From contig CAZVHA010000004.1 of the NCBI GenBank assembly GCA_964626905.1, positions 3,952-67,951 on the forward strand: a DNA stretch of 64,000 bases. The letters run 5' to 3'. This document shows, piece by piece, positions 37,128 to 44,946 of the stretch. This stretch comes from an uncultured bacterium. GTDB taxonomy: Bacteria; Chlamydiota; Chlamydiia; Chlamydiales; SM23-39. The notes under the pieces were generated by a model. It searched no databases, was not told the DNA's origin, and saw nothing but the letters and a program-made list of their open reading frames with translations. A program made the position numbers and the translations under genes. Position 1 is the first letter of the stretch; every line of letters starts with the position of its first letter.

Positions 37128-37433
37128 ATGGCCAAGAAATCGCAAGTTGCAAGACAGAAAAAACGGGAACGGATGGTAAAAAATAAGTGGGATAAACGAA
37201 AAGCCCTCAAAGAGACCATTCTCGACATGACTAAAACAATCGATGAGAGGCTCGCCGCTGTCGACACCCTCAATAAAATGCCAAAAAATTCCTCTAAAAC
37301 CCGCCTGCGCAATCGATGCCAGTTCACCGGACGCTCGCGCGGCTTCCTCAGAAAGTTCAAGCTCTCTCGCCTCTGTTTTCGAGAGATGGCAAGCCAAGGG
37401 CTCATCCCCGGCATCGTCAAGGCTTCCTGGTAA
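37128..37433 (+). CDS. rpsN: 30S ribosomal protein S14 (long form)
   Basis: [14 protein letters not shown]...[38 protein letters not shown]. Confidence 0.9.
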   Translation: MAKKSQVARQKKRERMVKNKWDKRKALKETILDMTKTIDERLAAVDTLNKMPKNSSKTRLRNRCQFTGRSRGFLRKFKLSRLCFREMASQGLIPGIVKASW

Positions 37434-37457
37434 AATTCATGGGCCCCTTTTCAAGTC

Positions 37458-37859
37458 TCAAAGAGTCTCTAGTTTCAGGGTCTCTTTAAGGGGTTTCCAG
37501 TCCGTTAGGTCCTCGTGCCAGACGAAGGTGGACGGTTGGATTGTCCCCGACTTCCACGCTGCGGTGAGAGCCTCTTTGCTCATGGGACCTTGCCGCTCGT
37601 GTGAGGGGTTTAGGTAGTACCAAAATTTATCGGTAGGGCCATCGATGACAAAGACCGGCTCTTTTGCGGCTACGGGTTCCTTCGCTCTTTTTCGCGGACC
37701 TGGAGCAAAAAAGATGGCAAAAATGCCAAAAATCCCAAATAGAATCCCGAGTGCAAACCAAAGATAGGGGTTTTTGCCCCTCTTATAGGCGACATAGGCC
37801 GATACGCTTCCCATCAAAAAGGCGCTGATGAGCATGAGTGGGCTAAAATTGATTGGCAT
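37458..37859 (-). CDS. Membrane protein with a C-terminal GYF_2 (DUF4339) domain
   Basis: ATG 37859 with a gagga SD. Two TM segments, then WYYL...QGPMSKEAL...G.I.P.T.VW.E.L..W.PL. Confidence 0.6.
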   Translation of the reverse strand: MPINFSPLMLISAFLMGSVSAYVAYKRGKNPYLWFALGILFGIFGIFAIFFAPGPRKRAKEPVAAKEPVFVIDGPTDKFWYYLNPSHERQGPMSKEALTAAWKSGTIQPSTFVWHEDLTDWKPLKETLKLETL

Positions 37860-37931
37860 TTCCTCAATCCTTTTTCTACAAGGATATCCGATTTGTGGAA
37901 AAGTTTCCAATAGTGATATACTGAAGATCAA

Positions 37932-38375
37932 ATGGGGCGAATACCTATGTATGACCAATTAAAAAATATGGATGCAAAAGAGATCGAGCTTCCCGAAACC
38001 GTTTTCATTCGAGATATCGATACCCGTGTTTTTCAAGCCATCGCATTGCAGTGTTTATCAAAAATCGAGGGGATTGGCCTTTTGGAAGGGAGTTTTTTCG
38101 ACAGTCTTTTGGGGCGCGAAACCGACCGGATTAAGGGGATTCACGTCGAACAAGATCAGACGAGTCATTCGGTTGAAATCAGAGTCGAAATCCGGATCCA
38201 ATACGGAGCCAACATTCCCGAAAAAGCCGAAGAAGTGCAGGAAAAGCTGGTCGAGGAGATCAGCAAATGGTCTGGCCTTCACGTCTCTTCAGTGCATGTC
38301 ATTTTCAAAGATCTGATCTTGCCTGAATTGGAGATGCCAAAACTTGTACCACCTGAATTTGAGAGGGTATTTTGA
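37932..38375 (+). CDS. Asp23/Gls24 family envelope-stress protein
   Basis: VFIRDIDTRVFQAIALQCLSKIEGI...V.V.I.I.YG.NI.E.A..VQ..L. Typical Asp23 layout. Confidence 0.6.
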   Translation: MGRIPMYDQLKNMDAKEIELPETVFIRDIDTRVFQAIALQCLSKIEGIGLLEGSFFDSLLGRETDRIKGIHVEQDQTSHSVEIRVEIRIQYGANIPEKAEEVQEKLVEEISKWSGLHVSSVHVIFKDLILPELEMPKLVPPEFERVF

Positions 38376-38869
38376 TCTCTTTTCGCGGAGCACTTTCCTC
38401 TTTTTTACACCTCTTTGTCGTGTTTTGCTTTTTCGGGATCGGCCTTTTTTTTGCCGCCCTTCCCCACTTGCCATTGACGCGGATGCAGATCGTCCAGGCC
38501 CTTTCCAACCGACCCGAGCAGTGCGTTCAAATTGGCTTTGGCTTTTTCTTCATCAGCCTCATCTTCTTTTTGGGCTTTTTCCTCCTCAACCGAGGAAAGT
38601 ATTTGGTCATTCGGATGGGCGTTTCGGCCGATCTCAAGATCATCCGCCACGCAGTGGAAGAGTGCTTTGCAAGACAATTCCCGCAAAAAATTTCTTTGAA
38701 AGGGGTCGAAGTGGGCCCTAAACAACAGCTCGGGCTCGTCGTGGGCCTCGCCCCGACAGACGAGGCCTTGAGAGAAGAGCTTTTTGTCGCAGTTGAAAAA
38801 GAGCTCAGCTTTCTCTTACAAAATCGATTCGGCTACTCGAAATCGTTCCATCTCATCGTCAAGCAGTGA
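38372..38869 (+). CDS. Hypothetical membrane protein (possible AmaP-like anchor partner of Asp23)
   Basis: 4-nt overlap with the Asp23 gene. Two N-terminal TM segments. The call rests on position only. Confidence 0.4.
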   Translation: MISFRGALSSFLHLFVVFCFFGIGLFFAALPHLPLTRMQIVQALSNRPEQCVQIGFGFFFISLIFFLGFFLLNRGKYLVIRMGVSADLKIIRHAVEECFARQFPQKISLKGVEVGPKQQLGLVVGLAPTDEALREELFVAVEKELSFLLQNRFGYSKSFHLIVKQ

Positions 38870-39092
38870 GCCCTTAAGAACTGGGTTCACTTTATCCTCC
38901 CAGACACTCGCGATTCCCTTTCGGTGTAAGGACCCACCTCGACTTTGTGCAATTTTATGACTGGCTTCGCTAGCGGGTGATAGCTACAAGATCGGAGCAG
39001 ATCAAGGGGGGGGTGACAACTATTTTCTTAGCGTTGTAAAATGCTCCTCCATGACGTAAACCCGTTTCATTTAAGCAACAAAGGAGGTTGTT

Positions 39093-39449
39093 ATGACAAT
39101 ATGGATAAGAGAGGATATCAGATTAACCGCGCCGCTAGCCTTCGAAGATCAGGCCAAAAATGTAGTTGTTTTAGGGAAATTAACTTCTGATTTTGATGTA
39201 TCTTTTAAAGTTAAGAATTTGATTGTTTTTGGTGGAATTGTCTCCACAAAAAATGTTACCTTAAACACTACAGCTGATTTTTTTAATTCTGGTTCGATCA
39301 ACGGTTATAATGTACGTATTGTGTCTGATGCTAACATATACAATGGCCTTGATGATCGGGCCATTGAGAAAATAAGAGCTTTAGGCATTGACTTAGGTTT
39401 AACTCCTCGTATACCAGATGTGATAGAACAAAAAACAGAAGACAAATAG
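39093..39449 (+). CDS. Hypothetical protein (beta-helix-like repeats)
   Basis: 118-aa ORF with an aaaggagg SD, AT-rich. Alternating V/I/N pattern (NLIVFGGIVSTKNVTLNTTADFFNSGSINGYNVRIV). Confidence 0.4.
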   Translation: MTIWIREDIRLTAPLAFEDQAKNVVVLGKLTSDFDVSFKVKNLIVFGGIVSTKNVTLNTTADFFNSGSINGYNVRIVSDANIYNGLDDRAIEKIRALGIDLGLTPRIPDVIEQKTEDK

Positions 39450-39463
39450 CCTCCAAGCTTTAG

Positions 39464-39484
39464 CTTATTTGCATGCCGAGTTAA
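39464..39484. repeat. Solo copy of the MITE terminal repeat
   Basis: tatttgcatgccgagttaa (39466-39484) matches the right end of the 31277..31484 MITE (tatttgcatgccgggttaa) at 18/19 positions. Confidence 0.45.
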
Positions 39485-39504
39485 TGGCGTAGTGACAACG
39501 ATCT

Positions 39505-40749
39505 TTAACTGCTCTCTTTTTTTCCCCTGCCTGAGGAAGTTTTAAAACAAGAGAGAATTATGCAAAAAAGGAAAATGCCGAGATAAAACCAAGCCAGGGG
39601 GACCTGTGTTGTTATCCCGAGCAAAGAGGCGATCAGGCTCATGATTGTAACTCCGCCAATTGCCCAAAACCCAAAAACTGCACTAGAGGTCCCCGCAGAT
39701 TTGGAAAATAGGCTGACGCTCAGCGCCATCATATTCGGATAGATCAGGCCGCAAAAACAAAACAAGAAAAAGATCGGAATGATAAGAATATAGAGATTGG
39801 GCTGAATGAGAAGTCCCACCAGGAGAAGCAGAAGAGAGATACAGACGGTTGTAATAAGGCTAAAAAGGATGATTTTTAGCGTGTTGAAATGGTGTACAAG
39901 CCAAAAATTCAACAGATTGCCTAGAAAATAACCAGTTCCCAGCAACAGCGCAATATGTCCATAAGCAATCGCTGAATAATGGAGCGTCCCTTGGATCAAA
40001 AAAGGGGCAATCACGTTGAAGACAACAAGGGCCGCATAGACCAAAGAGGCAATCACTCCCCACCTGATAAACTGAGGATGAATCACAATGCTCCAAACCG
40101 TTTTTGCGATCTCGCGAAGATGGATCGGTTTTAGATCAAAATGGGTTTCAGGCAGAACGATCAGAGCATAGACAAAAGTGAAAAGGGCATAGAGGAAAAA
40201 GAAAGCAAAATTGGCCTGCCAACCAAAGTATTCTTGCAAATACCCTCCAATAAAAGGACCGATAATCGGACCTATTGCCCAACTTAGCGATATAAATGTC
40301 ATCGCCTTCACACGGGGAAGTCCAGAAAAACAATCGGCGACCATTGCGCGGCAAATAACGCCGCAACCGCCAATCGAACACCCTTGCAAAAATCGATAGA
40401 AAATGAGCATCTCAATACTTGAAGAGAATATCGCAAAAAGACTGGCAAGTGTATACACAGTCCCGCCCCCTACAAAAATTTTTCTCCTCCCCAAACTATC
40501 TGACAAAGTGCCTAATAAAAGTTGGGCAATCGCATATCCCAGCATGTAAAACCCAATCGTGAATTGTACCTCATGCCTTGGGACGTGAAAAAAACGGGCA
40601 ATCGCTGGCAAAGAAGGGACATAAAGATCAATACTCGACCCCATCAAAAAGGGGACCAAGAAAAGCAGGACAAAAATATGCTTTTTTTGCCTTGAAGAAA
40701 TTGCAGTTGTCACATTTTTACAGTAAAATACTATTGTCCATTTTTTCAA
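39505..40749 (-). CDS. MFS transporter (Bcr/CflA drug-efflux-like)
   Basis: 12-TM-like hydrophobic profile with the loop 2-3 motif GTLSDSLGRRKI. Confidence 0.85.
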   Translation of the reverse strand: MKKWTIVFYCKNVTTAISSRQKKHIFVLLFLVPFLMGSSIDLYVPSLPAIARFFHVPRHEVQFTIGFYMLGYAIAQLLLGTLSDSLGRRKIFVGGGTVYTLASLFAIFSSSIEMLIFYRFLQGCSIGGCGVICRAMVADCFSGLPRVKAMTFISLSWAIGPIIGPFIGGYLQEYFGWQANFAFFFLYALFTFVYALIVLPETHFDLKPIHLREIAKTVWSIVIHPQFIRWGVIASLVYAALVVFNVIAPFLIQGTLHYSAIAYGHIALLLGTGYFLGNLLNFWLVHHFNTLKIILFSLITTVCISLLLLLVGLLIQPNLYILIIPIFFLFCFCGLIYPNMMALSVSLFSKSAGTSSAVFGFWAIGGVTIMSLIASLLGITTQVPLAWFYLGIFLFCIILSCFKTSSGRGKKESS

Positions 40750-40786
40750 GTTCGTTTACGATCCTTTGCCTTTTGAAGGAGGTTCT

Positions 40787-41317
40787 ATGGCACCACTCTC
40801 GATAAATTCTCTCGATGGCAGTCAATATCAAAGCGTCCCAGTGTGCGAGGAGGGTGAGGAGGCGCACCTTCAGCAAGAAATTGAGCGAATGAAAATTCTT
40901 TTTCCCAAAGCTATTGCAAAGCGGTTTGGGGGATATGAAAAGATTGCACAGCTTCCCGTCCTGGAGCTCCCGTACCGCTTGATCGATCGGATACTCTATG
41001 TTCAAAATGCTGATGGATCAAGGAAGGTAATTGGGGAACCATCGCAGCGTTTAAATCAAACATGGATTGTCATCCAACCCGAATGGATGTCTCACGATCA
41101 GATGCGCGGAATCGATCTATTTGGTCGGCCTTTCATTGCCAAAAAAGAGGAGATGAAAATGCGTTTTGAAGATGTCGACAACGGGAGCGTAACATACCAG
41201 CCAATACCCTATGTATCTGAGGTCCATCCCGGACAAAAAGGGGGGAAAGATCTCCGTCTTCCCGTGAACAAAGAGTGGACTGCGAAGGATTGGGGAAGTT
41301 CTTGCGCTATTCTCTAG
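40787..41317 (+). CDS. Hypothetical protein ending in a CaaX-type motif (CAIL)
   Basis: ATG 40787 with a gaaggagg SD. 176 aa, no family recognised. C-terminus is ...DWGSSCAIL*. Confidence 0.5.
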   Translation: MAPLSINSLDGSQYQSVPVCEEGEEAHLQQEIERMKILFPKAIAKRFGGYEKIAQLPVLELPYRLIDRILYVQNADGSRKVIGEPSQRLNQTWIVIQPEWMSHDQMRGIDLFGRPFIAKKEEMKMRFEDVDNGSVTYQPIPYVSEVHPGQKGGKDLRLPVNKEWTAKDWGSSCAIL

Positions 41318-41325
41318 CAGCTACG

Positions 41326-41509
41326 GTGTATACTGCTCCCGTCCAAAAAGTGTGAATCTGCCGACGTCGGACAGCCACTGAATTTGAGACCTACCTGCAT
41401 CGCTCAACTTATTCAAGTTGAGCTGCTTCGGTGTCGGCAAAGCCTGGCTCAAATTCAGGGCGCCTCCTTGGCATTTTTCACTCTTTTTGAACGGTCGCAG
41501 TGTAAATAC
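41326..41509. repeat. Long imperfect palindromic element P1 (about 184 bp)
   Basis: The arms pair (ccgtccaaaaagtgtgaa with ttcactctttttgaacgg; ctgaatttgag with ctcaaattcag) around the core cctgcatcgctcaacttattcaagttgagctgcttcgg. Confidence 0.6.
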
Positions 41510-41525
41510 AAAATTTGATAGTCCC

Positions 41526-42065
41526 TTAGACTGGGACGTCTAGTTCGGTACCATTGCCAAGATTAGGTTGAATTTCTCCTTTTACGCAAAAGGAGCACGT
41601 TGTGAAGATATTGATTGCTACGAGTCCAAGTCCCGTTGCAATACCCCATAGGGCAAGCGCCTCTTCATTGGAAAAATCCTTGTCGGAGTAAATTGCATTT
41701 ATACCAGCGCGAGCTGAGAGTGCGCTTGCAAAAAAACCAACGCCATTACTGAGGAAAGTTCCTAGATTAAAAGTTCCTGCAGGATCAAAACAGGACTTTA
41801 CTCGTTCAGAGGAACACCGATTAAAGACAGTCGATGAAAACTTTTCTATGACCATTTTTACTATTTTGTGGGAAAATCCAGCGAAAACGCCAAATAAAGC
41901 TGAGCCAGGGGATCCAATAGAACTTTTTAAAATTGCCCCTGAGGCTACGCAAACGGCTGCCGGTAGCCCTATTGATACAAGGCGCGCACCTGATAGATAT
42001 AAATTTCTTGAGGTCTCTGCTGAGATTGACATAAAAAATTCCTTTGTAATTTTGCTGATCATCAT
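41526..42065 (-). CDS. Hypothetical multi-pass membrane protein
   Basis: 179-aa ORF, AT-richer, with several G/A/S-rich hydrophobic segments. No family recognised. Confidence 0.45.
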   Translation of the reverse strand: MMISKITKEFFMSISAETSRNLYLSGARLVSIGLPAAVCVASGAILKSSIGSPGSALFGVFAGFSHKIVKMVIEKFSSTVFNRCSSERVKSCFDPAGTFNLGTFLSNGVGFFASALSARAGINAIYSDKDFSNEEALALWGIATGLGLVAINIFTTCSFCVKGEIQPNLGNGTELDVPV

Positions 42066-42152
42066 ACACTGATGTGTTTATTAATATAAATGAAACAAAA
42101 AAGAATGTTATAAAACAATTACTTTAGATTAGATGCAACTAGACCTGTTTGT

Positions 42153-42259
42153 GTTGCCAATTGAGGAGTAAATTGAGATCTTTTTCTGTGATTCCAGAAA
42201 CAGAACGGATCTCCTCTTCACTTGCTTTTTTGAGCTTTTTTACGCTCCCAAATTTTTGC
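42153..42259 (-). pseudogene. Orphan duplicate of the uvrC 3' end
   Basis: 107 bp with 105/107 identity to 44955-45061, the last 35 or so codons of uvrC. Confidence 0.8.
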
Positions 42260-42315
42260 CCCCTCCAACATCGGTTGGGGTGACATTACAACTTTGGCCT
42301 TTGCGGTTTTTGATC

Positions 42316-42343
42316 TTGACACTTCAGGCCACTATACTATATA
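42316..42343 (+). promoter_or_regulatory. Candidate sigma-70-type promoter upstream of P2 and the YVTN gene
   Basis: TTGACA (42316-42321), 16-nt spacer, TATATA (42338-42343). By-eye match only. Confidence 0.25.
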
Positions 42344-42511
42344 CCCAACATGGTTCAAAATTTGGTTTTTGACTGCGTCGGCATCCCCATCTTTGAAGTC
42401 GCCTGCATCACCCAACTTGTTCAAGTTGGGTTGCTTCGGCGGCGCTTCGCTTCTTCAAATATGTGGCGCCGACTTTGTCAAATTCCCAAATTTTGAACCA
42501 CGTTGGGTATA
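42340..42511. repeat. Long imperfect palindromic element P2 (about 172 bp)
   Basis: The outer arms tatacccaacatggttcaaaatttgg and ccaaattttgaaccacgttgggtata pair at 25/26, and inner blocks also pair. Core cctgcatcacccaacttgttcaagttgggttgcttcgg is homologous to the P1 core. Confidence 0.65.
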
Positions 42512-42544
42512 CTTCACTCATCGAGAGTTCTTCATTGGAGGGTT

Positions 42545-43579
42545 ATGCGTCTGATTTTTCTCATTCTATTCACCAGCATTACGAGGACTGTTTTATCGTC
42601 ACCTTTTATTTGGGTGGCTAATTTCACTGGTAATACTGTATCGGTCATTGATGCGGCAACGAATCAATTAGTGACTCTCATTAGTCAAAGCGAGGGAATG
42701 TTTGACGGCCCATACTCTCTCGCGTTTACTCCCGATGGAAGTTTTGCTTATGTAGGGAATAATATTGGTGATACCGTCAGTGTTATCAATACTACAACAT
42801 TCCAATTGGTGACTCTCATCCCATTGAGCGGTGCTCTAAATAATGTAGTCGATGTTGAGGTCAGCCCGGCAGGTGATCTTGTTATGACCGCAAATTCCAA
42901 CTCCGGTAGAGTGAGCGTGATCAGTACAGCAACCAATACGGAGATTGCTACTCTTACCACGCACTTGGGGAGTCCTCAATGGATTGCTTTTTCGGCTGAT
43001 GGCACTCTTGCCTATGTAACAAACGGTGGACTTGGTAATATTGCCGTAATCAACACTGCAGCATTGACCGTTTCCCAGCCATCCGGGTTAGGTCTTGGGA
43101 GTATGGTCTATCCATATTCAATTGCTATAGCTCCAAATGGTGAATATGCTTACGTGACCAGCAGCGATATCGGTTTAGTTTACATTGTGAATCTACTCAA
43201 CAATACTGTTTCGGGATCTATTCCAATCGTTACCACACCCGGGCAGGTGGTTTTTGCTTCAGATGGCGCGACCGCTTATGTAGCTGATAATATTAATATT
43301 TCAGTAATCAATACCTCGAATCAGTCTGTGACGCAAATTACAGCAGGAATTAACGCTGCACTTTTCTTGGCTATATCATCTTCGCAAAGACTTTATGCGA
43401 CCAATCAAGGAACTGATGATGTGGCCGTTTTTTCAACAGTGACATTGGGTTTACTGGATACCATTACAACTGCCGAGGGAAGCTTTAATGATCCCTTGTT
43501 TATTCGCTTCCAACCAGAACCCGCCGCTTCTACGGGACAAAGGCCTTTTCAAAGGCCTTTAAACCGCAGGCCGAGGTAA
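42545..43579 (+). CDS. Secreted YVTN-family beta-propeller repeat protein
   Basis: ATG 42545 with a ggaggg SD. Signal peptide MRLIFLILFTSITRTVLS. Repeated roughly 40-aa units (AYVGNNIGDTVSVINT, AYVTNGGLGNIAVINT, AYVTSSDIGLVYIVN, AYVADNINISVINT). Confidence 0.75.
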   Translation: MRLIFLILFTSITRTVLSSPFIWVANFTGNTVSVIDAATNQLVTLISQSEGMFDGPYSLAFTPDGSFAYVGNNIGDTVSVINTTTFQLVTLIPLSGALNNVVDVEVSPAGDLVMTANSNSGRVSVISTATNTEIATLTTHLGSPQWIAFSADGTLAYVTNGGLGNIAVINTAALTVSQPSGLGLGSMVYPYSIAIAPNGEYAYVTSSDIGLVYIVNLLNNTVSGSIPIVTTPGQVVFASDGATAYVADNINISVINTSNQSVTQITAGINAALFLAISSSQRLYATNQGTDDVAVFSTVTLGLLDTITTAEGSFNDPLFIRFQPEPAASTGQRPFQRPLNRRPR

Positions 43580-43619
43580 GGGATCGTCTACAAAGTGAGG
43601 GTCTGTCATAGAACAACTT

Positions 43620-44870
43620 CTAAAAATCAAAGCGGCCCGTTATAGTAAGCCCATGAAAATAGAGACCCGAAGATGAGGAGGACGTTCCGGCTAGGGTGTC
43701 GTCCAATAATTTGCGAATCATGTTTTGATTCCACATGTAAGTGAAATCATAGGATGCGGAAAAGTCGAGATGGTAAAGACGCTCATAAAGATAAGTCCCC
43801 CAGCCAAGCCCAAGTCCAAGTTCTGCCATTGGGCTTAGACAATCGTAATCTCTTAAGAATGTCTTATAAGGGCCCGCGTTAAAAGCTCTGGATGCGCGAT
43901 CTTCTGAATGGCTCACTTTTATGAATTGAGTGTAAAGAAGACTGGCTGCTAAATCTGCCTCAAATCTTAACCCGTAACAAAGAAGACAATAAGCATCAGC
44001 CCCAAATTTAGGTCCAATCCCCCATGAACGGCTATAGTTTCGCGAACCAATCGGTTGAGGGGGCACTCCTGCAGAAAGCGAGGAGACAAAAGCTGCAGCT
44101 GGCTGAGTCATTTTGAGAATCAGTTTCTGCCTGATAAATGCGAGACGAAGCCCTCCATAAGGATTAACAACCAAACAAGGACCTTCATAAAAAGGGCGGC
44201 TTGCACAAAGATCTGCCAGATCGAGCGCATAATGCCATTTTGATGCAATTGCTGTTGCGGAGAGAGCTTGGCCAACCGATGTCCCATTTAAAAACCAATC
44301 TGCTACTAGCAAAACAGGAGTTCCGCTCAAAGCTGTGCTGGTCCCTGCAGTGCGGTCATTTGTGGGTGCTGAAATATGAGTTGTATTTGTCCCTCTAAGC
44401 CACGTGTATTCCGCATTCATTGACCAACTGTGATTTCCAACAAATCCAAGACCCAATTTAAAGCCCGGCTTATAATCAAAATTTTGATAGTAGGTGTATG
44501 TTTGAGTTGCAAAGAATACATTGGCCGCATTCAAAACTCCATTGGAAGCAATTGCCAGTCCTTCCTCTCCGCCAAACCAGTATAAAAGTGATGCATCAGC
44601 AAAGAATGCAACTTGAAATGGGCTGCACCTGATTTGAAATTCCCTGCCGCAAACATCCCAAATTGCAGGCACATTATAAGCTGGACCATATTGGCAGCAT
44701 AAAGGCTCGCCTTGCATCCAAGAACAAGTGGTGGGATCAGGGGTGGGACACGAGATGTCTGAGGTGCAAGGCTCAGCTTCGCATGGAGTGATTTGTTCTG
44801 GGACAACGTCTTGTTCTGAAACAACATCCGCAGCCATCCCAGAAACCAGTAAGAATATAAAGAGATTCAT
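43620..44870 (-). CDS. Putative cysteine-rich beta-barrel outer-membrane porin (MOMP-like)
   Basis: Signal peptide MNLFIFLLVSGMAA. Cys-rich N-terminal module (CEAEPCTSDISCPTPDPTTCSWMQGEPLCC). Alternating hydrophobic strands and a C-terminal ...TITGRFDF aromatic end. Confidence 0.6.
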   Translation of the reverse strand: MNLFIFLLVSGMAADVVSEQDVVPEQITPCEAEPCTSDISCPTPDPTTCSWMQGEPLCCQYGPAYNVPAIWDVCGREFQIRCSPFQVAFFADASLLYWFGGEEGLAIASNGVLNAANVFFATQTYTYYQNFDYKPGFKLGLGFVGNHSWSMNAEYTWLRGTNTTHISAPTNDRTAGTSTALSGTPVLLVADWFLNGTSVGQALSATAIASKWHYALDLADLCASRPFYEGPCLVVNPYGGLRLAFIRQKLILKMTQPAAAFVSSLSAGVPPQPIGSRNYSRSWGIGPKFGADAYCLLCYGLRFEADLAASLLYTQFIKVSHSEDRASRAFNAGPYKTFLRDYDCLSPMAELGLGLGWGTYLYERLYHLDFSASYDFTYMWNQNMIRKLLDDTLAGTSSSSSGLYFHGLTITGRFDF

Positions 44871-44946
44871 CTTCACAGATACACCCGATATGTCTTTCGG
44901 GATAACAGATTTTTGATTAATCATCTATACACTTTTTCAAGTGGAG

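Noticed and set aside
36982-37433. Cys-free L36 plus long S14 as a zinc-starvation paralog pair
   Set aside because: To my knowledge, the Cys-free 45-aa L36 and the long S14 are the normal single copies in Chlamydiae. No second (zinc-binding) copies or Zur box are visible here.
39093-39449. Possible polymorphic membrane protein (Pmp) fragment, because of FGGIV ... FFNS spacing
   Set aside because: The motifs are not true GGA(I/L/V) or FxxN. The ORF is only 118 aa and has no signal peptide or autotransporter domain. It is kept as a hypothetical beta-helix-like ORF.
42294-42554. 86-aa ORF spanning the P2 palindrome
   Set aside because: It has a TTG start and no RBS, and its sequence is explained by the repeat element. 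Its 3' end merely runs into the YVTN gene start region.
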